Of a stretch of DNA of 64,000 nucleotides, positions 50,230 through 61,538 are shown piece after piece. The stretch comes from Mobula hypostoma (taxonomy: Eukaryota), in contig NC_086124.1 in the NCBI RefSeq assembly GCF_963921235.1, positions 16,182,001-16,246,000 of the forward strand, read 5' to 3'. The position numbers and the translations under genes are program-made. Under the pieces are notes generated by a model, which saw only the letters and a program-made list of their open reading frames with translations, ran no database searches and had not been told where the DNA came from. Position 1 is the stretch's first letter; every line of letters starts with the position of its first letter.

Positions 50230-51030
50230 CAAGGAGGTGGGAACCAGAGGTACAGGGCAATTAGGAGTAGTTGTGGGCAACAATGGTGTTAATCCAACAT
50301 ACAAAAACAGGAATCGAACGGTTGAGCATGGTGGGAATAATGTTCTGAGCTGTGTCTATTTCAATGCAGGAAACATTGCAGTAAGATGGGAGAGCTTAGA
50401 GAATGGATGAGCATGTGGAATTATGACATTGGTTGCAGGAGGGGCAGCCTCATTTGTTGCAGGAGCTGCATGACTGGTAGCTCAGTGTTCCAGGTTTCCG
50501 TGACAGAGTGGGAGGGATTAAAGGGGGAAGGGTAGCATTACCAGTCAGGGAAAATGACATTGCGGTGTTCAGACAGGACAGACTAGAGAGCTCATCTACT
50601 GACGGTATATGGGTGGAACAGGAATAAGAAAAGGATGGGATTATATTATAGACTACTTAGCAGACTGAGGAGTATACTTGTGGACAGATAGCACACAGTT
50701 GCAAGAAAAAAATAAGGTTGTAGTAGTGGCTGAATTTAAATTTCCACATATTGACTGGAATTCCCATATAGTAAAATGGCTACATGTGATAGAGTTTGCT
50801 AAGTGTGTTCCTTTATCAATACATAGCGTTCCCACCAGAATCTCCTGTTACAGCAAGACAGGGCATGTGATGGGAATATCTGTAAGGGAGCATTTTGGAT
50901 CTAGTGATAATATTCCGTTTGTTTGAGGATAATTATAGAAAAGGATAGGTCTGATCCTTGGGTTGAAAGCATAAATTGGAGAAAGGCCAATTTTGATGGC
51001 ACCAGAAAGGATTGGGATAGGCTGCTTTCT
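50230..51030 (+). mobile_element. CR1 endonuclease fragment
   Basis: LSCVYFNAGNI; VVVAEFKFPHIDW; EHFGSSD. Confidence 0.7.
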
Positions 51031-51200
51031 GTAGTGAACCTGTGCTATGCATGCAGACTGTATAGGGGTGATTCTCTCAATAGGGTATACTTTGTTTTAT
51101 GTCGTCTTTACGGAGTGAATCCGAAGCATTTCCCTCGCTACCATACGAAGAAGAGTTAATGCAAATTAACTATGTTATTATAGTTGCTTTTTAGTGTGAG

Positions 51201-51274
51201 GGTTCCGTGGCTTAACTGGTCAAAGCGCCTGTCTAGTAAACAGGAGATCCTGGGTTCAACTCCCAGCGGAGCCT
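51201..51274 (+). tRNA. tRNA-Thr-AGT: tRNA-Thr(AGT)
   Basis: Full cloverleaf GGTTCCGTGG...CTAGTAA...GGTTCAACTCC...GGAGCCT. Confidence 0.92.
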
Positions 51275-51878
51275 TTAAGTAATGGGTTGAATTGCCGTGT
51301 GAAGAAATCAAAGAAATCGCTCGCTGCAAATCATAATTATACTTCACACAGCACCATACCATAAAATGGAACGGAACATATTATTCCTCGAAAACGTGGC
51401 AAGTCTGGTGGTCTCTGCGGAGCAAGAAACGGGACGACGGTGTCATATAGATAACATTTTTGATTACCCTGTTATAGCGTTTCTACAGTGTTGATCTGCT
51501 TTAATGACTTGCCCCGTCTTGCTGAGAAAGGATTTCACACTCTCATAAGTCTTTCCTCTGGAACTCCGGATAGTTCGCTGCATATTTCAAGAAGCCGGAC
51601 AGACGGCGTCACAGAAATCAACTCGAATAGATATTGATGTTAATTAATTTTTCACCCACTACTTTCGATAACTAGAGGCTACGAATCCCACTCATCCACA
51701 CCATCCTCCGCCCGATGTTCGGCAGTAACACAATAATATACTTGGCTATGACACCAATACTGGATAGTAGTCATGATGATTTGTCATTCTTACATCTACT
51801 CTCTAAAACGTTTTTGGGCTTCACTTTAATACCGCAACCGAAACCCTGGCGGAAAAGAACAAATACATGTACTCGCCA

Positions 51879-51960
51879 TGGCAGTGGTGGGATTCGAACC
51901 CCCGCCTCCTTGGAGACTGGAGCCTTAATCCAGCGCCTTAGACCGCTCGGCCACACTACC
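51879..51960 (-). tRNA. tRNA-Leu-AAG: tRNA-Leu(AAG), one T-stem mismatch
   Basis: GGTAGTGTGGCCGAGCGGTCTAAGGCGCTGGATTAAGGCTCCAG...GGGGGTTCGAATCCCACCACTGCCA. Confidence 0.92.
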
Positions 51961-53080
51961 ACGTCTTTTAAAGCAGTACACAGTGACGTGGATTTATTCA
52001 CCACCTTAATCTCCAAAGTGTTGTATGATCGGTGAAATCATTTGAAATATTCTTCCACATATTGTGCTTGAGGCTTCATGCATTTTCCATTTGTTTTCCA
52101 ACCCAAAACATTCGAGAGGGAACACTGGTACAGAGTTGCCTCTTCAAAATGCCGGGTGCCGGACAATGTTCTTCGAGGTGTCACTGTGAGTATTCTCAGT
52201 ATATTTATGAAACATTAGGGTTAAATATTCATATTTCCAGTCGATGCGAAAAGTAAAATCACCCCCTAACGACCGATGTTGTCACATTCAGCGACCTTTG
52301 CACACGTGCTCCAAAATATTGCAAGGTTTTCATTCACGTGAACCAATCCCAGCTTCTGCACCCCGATATTTCAAATTAAAACACGGTTTTCATATCGACA
52401 ACGGTTCTCGAAATCTATACTCTGCCCTTTGTGGGATATTTAGAGCATTTCAAAAATACAAACACAAACCTCCAATATGAGTTGAAACAGATTTTGTGAA
52501 GTTGTTTTAGGATTAAATAGCATTGACTTGCAATTGCACTGCACCAGACTCTGTTCCATCAGCACTGTCTTTTTTTTTAAAATTTAAACGGTGATGAAAG
52601 TTACCATCTTCAAACAGTGTTTATACGGGGACTAGGTACCAGGTCACTGGGGCACTTGTGTGTTTGTGAGGCGACAAATTCCAGGTTGTTTCCTGAACCT
52701 CAGGAAATACAAAACACATCAGCAGGAAGAAGACTGCACAGCTCTGATCAGATTGTCTGCCCAACTCGTTACTTCCACCGATCTTGTTAACATTCCTTTC
52801 TTTTTGTTTAATAATTTATTTCCCGCCTTATGAATAACCGAGGACCCTGTCTCCTCCGCATTTTGCCTGATTAATTCAGTGGATGACAACGACCTGAAAG
52901 AAATGCGATCATCTGGTTGGCGTGTTGAGTGAATGACTCGCTTACCTCAAACCAGGTCTTAAATTGTTAGATTCTCTGCTATCACGCGACGTCATCAGCC
53001 ACTCGAATTCTGACCGTATTTGTCATTACAATGCGGAGAAAATACCGTCATTGGAAACAGAAACATTTTTTACTTATTAC

Positions 53081-53132
53081 TGAATCACTCATCAGTAGAA
53101 GTTCAATATCCTAGCCATTGCGCCACAGAGCC
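53081..53132 (-). pseudogene. Truncated intron-containing tRNA-Arg(TCT) pseudogene (5' half)
   Basis: GGCTCTGTGGCGCAATGGCTAGGATATTGAACTTCTA + about 10-nt intron + ATTCA; T-arm and 3' acceptor strand absent. Confidence 0.75.
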
Positions 53133-54949
53133 CACAGTTTCATCCTTTAGTGCAGAAAGATAAACTACCAAAGAGAAAACTGCAATTTATGAGAAACAAT
53201 CTTTCCTCCGCTCTCCTTTCACTCAGGAAGAGGGGAAGCTAATCCCACAATTCCCATTCTGTTATAGTGCCGCTTCCTCAACAACGTTTTACAATCAACC
53301 AAACGGGAAGAATTTTAGCTGACGCAGCAGAATTTTTCGGTCTGGTCAGGAAAAAGAAACTTTGCGTGGTCTTCCCCTCCTATCGACGGCAGCGCGACGC
53401 CGATCTTCTGCAGCACCAGTGCGGTTCCGGGGAAGATCCCGTGAGCGGTTTTCAGCGTAACTTCTCCGGGAGCACAGTGCCACATCCTAACATTGACCGA
53501 GAATTCCGGATTCCTTGCAAATTCCGCAGAGATTAAAACAGAATTTGTAGAACAGCCAATGTGTCACTGCTTACGGTTGTGAGGATTTCCATTTTCCTCA
53601 TGAAGCCCCAATTAATTCATCTGAATGGAATGACATTTTCAAATCTCTCCACGAACCAGGCATCCTGCTGCAACATGTTTGCGGCGCTTCTGATCGCGCG
53701 AGCCGTTGCTTGCGGTTGTTCTTCATTTAGTAATGTTTATTGGTGGTTGGCTGACTAACGTGAGGTGTAGTACCGACACCTACAGTATCATACAAACACA
53801 CTAAATACTTTTTTCCAGGAAGTCTTCCACCACCGTCCCATTCACATTTGTGTCACTATGACCCTATTTAGCACAAGGAGCATTAAAACTCCATAATTAT
53901 TAGCAAACAAACTTCTAGCATTCCTTTGTAAGTTTAAAAAAGGGGGAAAGTAAACAATAAAAGAAGGAAAAGAACAGAAGAAAAATATGTGAACGCTTCT
54001 CTGACCATTAGCGAACAAATGTGATCATTAACACATCTTTGAAGTCTGAATATTATTTATCCCTGCAAGCCTTTCATCTCTAGACGTTTTTCTGTAGTAT
54101 TTAATATATTTTTTTGTGTCTTACTTTTAGTTTGTGCTGTACAATTCACTATTTCTGCTTTGAACGTGACAAATTTTAGTTCATCAACAATCAACGAATT
54201 CCTTGTTACAAAATCATGCACTTTACACACCCGACTCTAATCCATCTGTATTCTGGATATTAATAGGTCTATTGACACAGTTTTTTGTACCAGCAGAGTC
54301 TCTGCATATGAAATGCCTATTTCTTCCTAAATGCGCTGCACTGCCACAGATTTCTTATTTACAGGATACGCTGAATTAACACGCTGTCCCCGCCACCCCC
54401 ACCAGCTTCAAGAACAGTTACTTCCACTCAATCATCTATCTCTTGAACAAAACAGGCTAACTACACTCATTCTGTTACTGGTGTTCCCACAACCAATGAT
54501 CTTACTTAAGGAGTCTTTATCTTGTTACTTCATGATCTCGCGATTTATTGCTATTTATGTATATTTGCATTTTCACAGTTTGTTGTTCATTGATCCTGTT
54601 TACATTTACTGTTCTATAGATTTGCCGAGTATGTCCGCAGGAAAATAGAACCTCACTATTGGTTGTATGTGGTGACATGCACCAATAATAATTTTTACTT
54701 TGAATTTTGAAATACCTTTTGGCCTAATGACTTCATACCATAGTGATGTATTCCGCCTTATCCATGACACCGCATACACATAGCTGCTACACGACCAAAC
54801 TTCCTAGCACTGAAAAAATCTCAAAGGTGCAGTACTATATAGCTCATATAACCTAAATTAACCCTATCTGGCAAATACTTCGTTTTCCATCAAATTTAAT
54901 CAACAATGACTGTTCTTACTACAACAGGAAACCGTTTTTTTTTTAAAAC

Positions 54950-55072
54950 GTAAACACGAGGAATTCTGCAGATGCTGGAAATTCAAGCAACACACATCAA
55001 AGTTGCTGGTGAACGCAGCAGGCCAGGCAGCATATCTAGGAAGAGGTACAGTCGACGTTTTGGGCTGAAACC
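54950..55072 (-). mobile_element. Penelope-like terminal fragment, truncated inside the hammerhead motif
   Basis: Minus strand ...CAGCCCAAAACGTCGACTG...GCTGCCTGGCCTGCTGCGTTCACCAGC; no CTGATGA box. Confidence 0.65.
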
Positions 55073-55599
55073 ATTTTAAACGTTTAGCCTTCACAGCTAT
55101 TGTTAAGACTAATTTATTTTAACTTGGTCCATAGACATATCTAGAGTCACTCCTGTGATTACTTTCCAAAGCGTTACTTTCCTTCCTCATACGGCTTTAG
55201 CCCTAAAGCTTTCCCACGATGCTTATTGTCTTTACAAAACAATAGGAGCGTCACCTCTCTTGCCCCCACAATATCTCCTAATGATTTTTTTTCAATTTTT
55301 AGTTAATTAATCATATTGAGACCAGCAACAAGTCCACATTCAAAACTTAGCCGTCCTGCTTTCATTAAATCCTGTCTACTTGCCTCCATCACTGGATGAT
55401 AAACCACTGTAATCTCCAATTCACTATCGATTTTTCCGTTTCCCAGAAACCTGCCATTCACCTTCCGCCTTACAACTCCAGTCATCCAATACCACCTTCT
55501 GTTCACTACCTCCGTCTTCTTCGTCACTTCCTGACATCTCTACCGCCCTTCGTTCCTCAAATCTGAGCCTAGCCCGATTGTCTGTTGCTTGAGTTGAAT

Positions 55600-56590
55600 A
55601 AGACTGTGCTTTTAGTGGAGTGGCCATTGTGTGTGGGCAGCTTAGTCTTTGCTTTAAGAGCCTCCAGAATGAGTGAGAGTCGGTGAAGGTAAGATTCTGA
55701 TCTTTCTTATTACAGAGCTAGAACAGTGGGGATTAACGTCAGGACATTGGAGTGCTCCTCTTGTGGGATGTGGGAAGACAATGAGACTTCCAGTGACGCT
55801 GACTACACCTGCAGCTTCTTATAGACAGTGTTTGGGAACTGGCGCCAGAGCTAGATGAGAAGATTGAGAGGTTGATTTGCAAGTAATATAGGAAGCTAGA
55901 TGCACCTAATATGCAGGACGCCAATAACTGGTTAATCATCAGAAAATGGAAAGGGAATAGGCAGCCAGGACAGTGTACCTTTGAGGCCGTTCCCCTCAAT
56001 AACAAGTATACCCCTTTGGATCCTGTTGGTGGTGGTGGTGGGTTGCTGCTAATAACATAGCAGAGGAAAGCCAGAGCAAAGCGGTCTCTGGCACTGAGTC
56101 ATATTCTGTGACAGAAGGGAAGGACAAGAAGAGCCGAACTGTAGTGATAGAAGATTTGTTGTTTTGCAGAGCCGACAGGAAGTTCTGTGGACGAGAACAA
56201 GATTCCTGGATGGAATGTTGCCTCGCAGGTTCAAGGGTCAGAGACATCAGGGTGGTGTCCATAACATTATTTAAGGGGAAGATGAACAGCCAGAGGTCCA
56301 CGTTGATAGTAATGACATGGATAGGGAGGGGAAGATGAACAGCCAGAGGTCCACGTTGATAGTAATGACATGGATAGGGAGGGTAGCGAAGTCCTGCAAC
56401 GTGAATTCAAGGATTTAGCTGCTAAATTAAAGGACAACAAATCCAGGGTGGAGATCTCGCGATTGATGCCTGCACAATGTGCTACTGAGGTCAGAAATAG
56501 GAAGGTGATACAGTTTAATAAGTGGCTAAGGAGATGTAGCAAGAGGGAGTTGTTCCCTGGACAAAGTAGCATCTCGGGAATACAAAACTG
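55600..56590 (+). mobile_element. CR1 5'/ORF1 fragment containing a perfect 53-bp tandem duplication (about 56274-56383)
   Basis: Esterase-like remnants; GATGAACAGCC... at 56281 and 56334. Confidence 0.7.
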
Positions 56591-58118
56591 AAGACCTCAG
56601 AGCTAGATTTCGGTACCAGAGGGACATCAGAGACATCAGAGTGTATTCTGCTTTACAGCAACGTGGCTCAGTCCAATACTCTGAAAATAGGAGTCCACCA
56701 TCCTTTGCGTGGACAGGACTTCAGCTTCAGGTAATAACAGAGCTAATGACGTTTGCTTCATGATTCATATATTATAATGCTTGAAGATATCTCTGACCAA
56801 CAATTACCAGCATGTCACCCGCCGAGCGCTCGAGTACTGTTACACCATCATCAACAATGATTACCGTGCCATGCCGCATCTGGATTTTGGCACGTCCGAA
56901 CCCTAAGCTGTACTTCTACTCCCAGCAGAAAAGGCACAGACTGAGGACCGCAGCAACAGTGATGAGGACCGTGAAGTTAGGAACAAGCGTGGTGGATAAA
57001 CGTTCACAGCACTGCTGTCATCGATGGACTGGACCCTATTTAGCCATTGATATTAGGATGTGAATGAATATACCATGGCTGTTACTGACTGTCTTCCTTA
57101 ACTGGCCTGGTTGAAGACCCTCAGGAAGATCAAGAAGGTGTCATAGTGTGCAGCCTTGTGTTTACTGATCACGGTGCTCAACTGCTCCTGTGTTTGCCAG
57201 ACGATTGTCAGGGCTGGCATGTGTATCACTACCTGGATGATGGCAGGGAACCTCCTCGGCAGGTAGGATGGACGACACTTGATTACTGGGTGTTTCCGGG
57301 TTTGAGGAACAGGTCCGAAATAGCGGTGCATCATAATGAATGAATCATGCAGAAAAGGCCATATTGACAAGATCGGTGGAAGTGAGGACTGGATAGACAT
57401 TTTGATCTGCCATGATGTAATTGAATGACGGTGCTGGGTAATCTACAACTTGCTGATGTGTAGAGCTGTTTGCATTTCCTGTGGTTCAGGAAACAATCTG
57501 GAATTTGTCGCCTCTCAATCACTCAAGTGCCCAGTTCACCTGGTATCTCGACCCCGCATAAACACCGGTAGAAGATGTTTCTTAAATTAAAAACCCGGAC
57601 TTGGAGGGCAACCACAGAAGTGTGCTGGCGAAACAGTTTCTGGTACGGTGTAATTGCAAGTCAAAACTATTTAATCATAAAATAACTTCACAAAATCTGT
57701 TTCAGTCATATTGGAGGTTTGTGGTGGTGATTTTAAGAACGGTTTTAAATATCCCAGAAAAAACAAAGTGCAGATATTCGAGAACCGTTGTCAATGTGAG
57801 TGTTTTAATTTGAAATGTTAGGGTACAGAAGCTGGGATTGGTTCATGTGAATGAAAACCTTGCAATATTTTCGAGCATACATGCAAAAGTCGCCGAATGT
57901 GACAAGCTATGTCGACAGGGTCGACACCTTACACTTTATATCGGCTGCAAATGTGAATATTTAACTCTAATGTCCCATGCAATGCTAAGAATATTCGCAC
58001 CGACATTTGGCTGCCACCGGCAGTTTAAAGAGAGAACTTCAAAGTCTGCTTCGTGTTGGGAAAATGTAAAACGCATGAAGCCTCAAGCACAGTGTGTGGA
58101 AATTTTTTTAAAAAACGC

Positions 58119-58200
58119 GGTAGTGTGGCCGAGCGGTCTAAGGCGCTGGATTAAGGCTCCAGTCTCCATGGAGGCGTGGGTTCGAATCCCACCACTGCCA
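58119..58200 (+). tRNA. tRNA-Leu-AAG: tRNA-Leu(AAG)
   Basis: Full cloverleaf with long variable arm; TTTT terminator at 58212-58215. Confidence 0.95.
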
Positions 58201-58819
58201 ACGCGTGGTTCTTTTCCGCAAGGCTTTCGGTTGCGATTTTAAAGTGAAGCCCGAAACGTTTTGCAGAGCTAAATATAAGAATGACAAATCATCGTGACTA
58301 TGATCCAGTATTGGTGTCAGGGCCAAGTATATTATTGTGTGACTGCCGAACACTCCAGATTGGGCGGGGGATCCTGTGTGGATAGGTGGGATTCGTGACC
58401 TCTATTAACTGAAAGTAGCGGGTGAAAAAGTATTGAAGATCAATACGTATTCTAGCTTATTTCTGTAACGCCTTCTGACTGGTTTCTTGCAAGATGGAGC
58501 GAACTCGTCGGAGTTCAATTGAACAGACACACAATTTTTCAGTTATACCAGGACAAGATCATAAATCAGATCACAATCAATTAACGATTGCCACCGTAAA
58601 ACAACCTTACACTGTAAAAACGCTATAGCAAGGCAAAACAAGCTGATCAGAAATGTCCTCTATTTGAGACGGCGTTCTGTTTTTTACACGTCTGGTTGTG
58701 TCTGAGGTGCAACGCTTTCAAGGTCCTTTTTTCGGCATTGTGCTTTGTGAAGTGTAATTTGTGATCTGACATGCGCTAAAAGCAGTCTTCATCACATGGG
58801 AATTCACCCCACAATTTAT

Positions 58820-58893
58820 AGGCTCCGCTGGGATTTGAACCCAGAATCTCCTGTTTACTAGACAGGCGCTTTGACCAGTTAAGCCACGGAACC
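58820..58893 (-). tRNA. tRNA-Thr-AGT: tRNA-Thr(AGT)
   Basis: GGTTCCGTGGCTTAACTGGTCAAAGCGCCTGTCTAGTAAACAGGAGATTCTGGGTTCAAATCCCAGCGGAGCCT. Confidence 0.92.
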
Positions 58894-59052
58894 CTCGCGC
58901 TATCCAGCAGCTATAGTAATGACAGTTCACTTGCATTAACTCTTCCTCATCTGCTAGCGAGAGAAATGCTTCAGATGTAGACTGTCAAGATGAGATATAA
59001 CAAAGTAGACCGTATTGAGAGACTCACCCCAAAATAGTCTGCATGCATAATA

Positions 59053-61538
59053 CCATAGAAACCATAGAAACTACAGCACAGAAACAGGCCCTTTGGCCCT
59101 TCTTGGCTGTGCCGAACCATTTTCTGCCTAGTCCCACTGACCTGCACACGGACCATATCCCTCCATACACCTCCCATCCATGTATCTGTCCAATTTATTC
59201 TTAAATGTTAAAAAAGAACCCACATTTACCACCTCGTCTGGCAGCTCATTCCATACTCCCACAACTCTCTGTGTGAAGAAGCCCCCCCAATGTTCCCTTT
59301 AAACTTTTCCTCCCTCACCCTTAACCCATGTCCTCTGTGTTTTTTCTCCCCTTGCCTCAGTGGAAAAAAGCCTGCTTGCATTCACTCTATCTATACCCAT
59401 CATAATTTTATATACCTCTATCAAATCTCCCCTCATTCTTCTACGCTCCAGGGAATAAAGTCCTAACCTATTCAACCTTTCTCTGTAACTGAGTTTCTCA
59501 AGTCCCGGCAACATCCTTGTAAACCTTCTCTGCACTCTTTCAACCTTATTTATATCCTTCCTGTAATTTGGTGACCAAAACTGAACACAATACTCCAGAT
59601 TCAGCCTCACCAATGCCTTATACAACCTCATCATAACATTCCAGCTCTTATACTCAATACTTCGATTAATAAAGGCCAATGTACCAAAAGCTCTCTTTAT
59701 GACCCTATCTACCTGTGACGACACTTTTAGGGAATTTTATATCTGTATTCCCAGATCCCTCTGTTCCACTGCACTCCTCAGTGCCTTACCATTAACCCTG
59801 TATGTTCTACGTTGGTTTGTTCTTCCAACGTGCAATACCTCACACTTGTCAGTATTAAACTCCATCTGCCATTTTTCAGCCCATTTTTCCAGCTGGTCCA
59901 AGTCCCTCTGCAGGCTCTGAAAACCTTCCTCACTGTCTACTACACCTCCAATCTTTGTATCATCAGCAAACTTGCTGATCCAATTTACCACATTATCATC
60001 CAGATCATTGATATAGATGACAAATAACAATGGACCCAGCACTGATCCCTGTGGCACACCACTAGTCACAGGCCTCAACTCAGAGAAGCAATTCTCTACC
60101 ACCACTCTCTGGCTTCTTCCATCGAGCCAATGTCTAATCCAATTTACCACCTCTCCATGTATACCTAGCGACTGAATTTTCCTAACTAACCTCCCATGCG
60201 GGACCTTGTCAAAGGCCTTACTGAAGTCCATGTAGACAATATCCACTGCCTTCCCTTCATCCACTTTCCTGGTAACCTCCTCGAAAAAATCCAACAGATT
60301 GGTCAAACATGACCTACCATGCACAAAGCCATGTTGACTCTCCCTAATAAGCCCCTGTCTATCCAAATGCTTGTAGATTCTGTCTCTTAGTACTCCCTCC
60401 AATAACTTACCTACTACTGATGTTAAACTCACCGGCCTATAATTTCCCGGATTACTTTTCAATCCTTTTTTAAACAACGGAACAACATGAGCCACTCTCC
60501 AATCCTCCGGCACTTCACCCGTAGACAACGACATTTTAAATATTTCTGCCAGGGCCCCCGCAATTTCAACACTAGTCTCCTTTAAGGTCTGATGGAACAC
60601 TCTGTCAGGTCCCGGGGATTTATCCACTTTAATTTTCCTCAAGACAGCAAGCACCTCCTCCTTTTCAATCTGTACAGTTTCCATGGTCTCACTACTTGAT
60701 TCCCTCAATTCCATAGATTTCATGCCAGCTTCCTTAGTAAATACAGATGAAAAAACCTATTTAAGATCTCCCCCATCTCCTTTGGTTCCGCACAAAGCCG
60801 ACCACTCTGATCTTCAAGAGGACCAATTTTATCCCTTACAATCCTTTTGCTCTTAATATACTTGTAAAAGCTCTTTGGATTATCCTTCACTTTGACTGCC
60901 AAGGCAACCTCATGTCTTCTTTTAGCCCTCCTGATTTCTTTCTTAAGTATTTTCTTGCACTTCTTATACTCCACAAGCACCTGATTTACCCCCTGTTTCC
61001 TATACATTTCATACAACTCCCTCTTCTTCTTTATCAGAATTGCAATATCCCTTGAGAACCAAGGTTCCTTATTCCTATTCAATTTGCCTTTAATCCTGAC
61101 AGGAACATACAAACTCTGCACTCTCAAAATTTTCCCTTTGAAGGCTTCCCGCCTACCAATCACATCTTTGCCAGAGAACAACCTGTCCCAATCCACGCTT
61201 TTTAGATCCTTTCTCATTTCTTCAAATTTGGCCTTCTTCCAGTTCAGAACCTCAACCCTAGGTCCAGATCTATCCTTGTCCATGATCAAATTGAAACTAA
61301 CGGTGTTATGATCACTGGAACCAAAGTGCTCCCCTACACAGACTTCCATCACTTGCCCTAATTCGTTTCCTAACAGGAGATCCAATATTGCATCCCCTCT
61401 AGTTGGTCCCTCTATATATTGATTTAGAAAACTTTCCTGAAAACATTTTACAAACTCTAAACCATCTAGACCCCTAACAGTATGGGAGTCCCAATCAATG
61501 TATGGAAAATTAAAATCCCCTACCACCTCAACTTTATG
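59053..61538 (-). mobile_element. Young CR1 LINE ORF2 (endonuclease end plus RT, a few frameshifts)
   Basis: ORFs 60720-61604, 59737-60723 and 59299-59724 with QGSVLGP and KFADD; (ACCATAGAA)n tail. Confidence 0.95.

Larger units (their letters stand above)
51040..52730 (+). repeat. Left arm of an inverted duplication of about 1.6-1.7 kb carrying tRNA-Thr and tRNA-Leu
   Basis: Collinear reverse-complement similarity with 57450-59050 (for example TATGCATGCAGACT and GAGGCGACAAATTCCAG). Confidence 0.85.
57450..59050 (-). repeat. Right arm of the inverted tRNA-cassette duplication
   Basis: Reverse complement of 51040-52730, with indels. Confidence 0.85.

Noticed and set aside
51715-52035. ORFs overlapping the tRNA-Leu genes (also 57838-58353)
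   Set aside because: Spurious frames across tRNA genes and duplicated flanks.
53086-53095. CTGATGA on the minus strand as a hammerhead core or snoRNA box
   Set aside because: No stem II/GAAA or partner box; it lies in the tRNA-Arg intron remnant.
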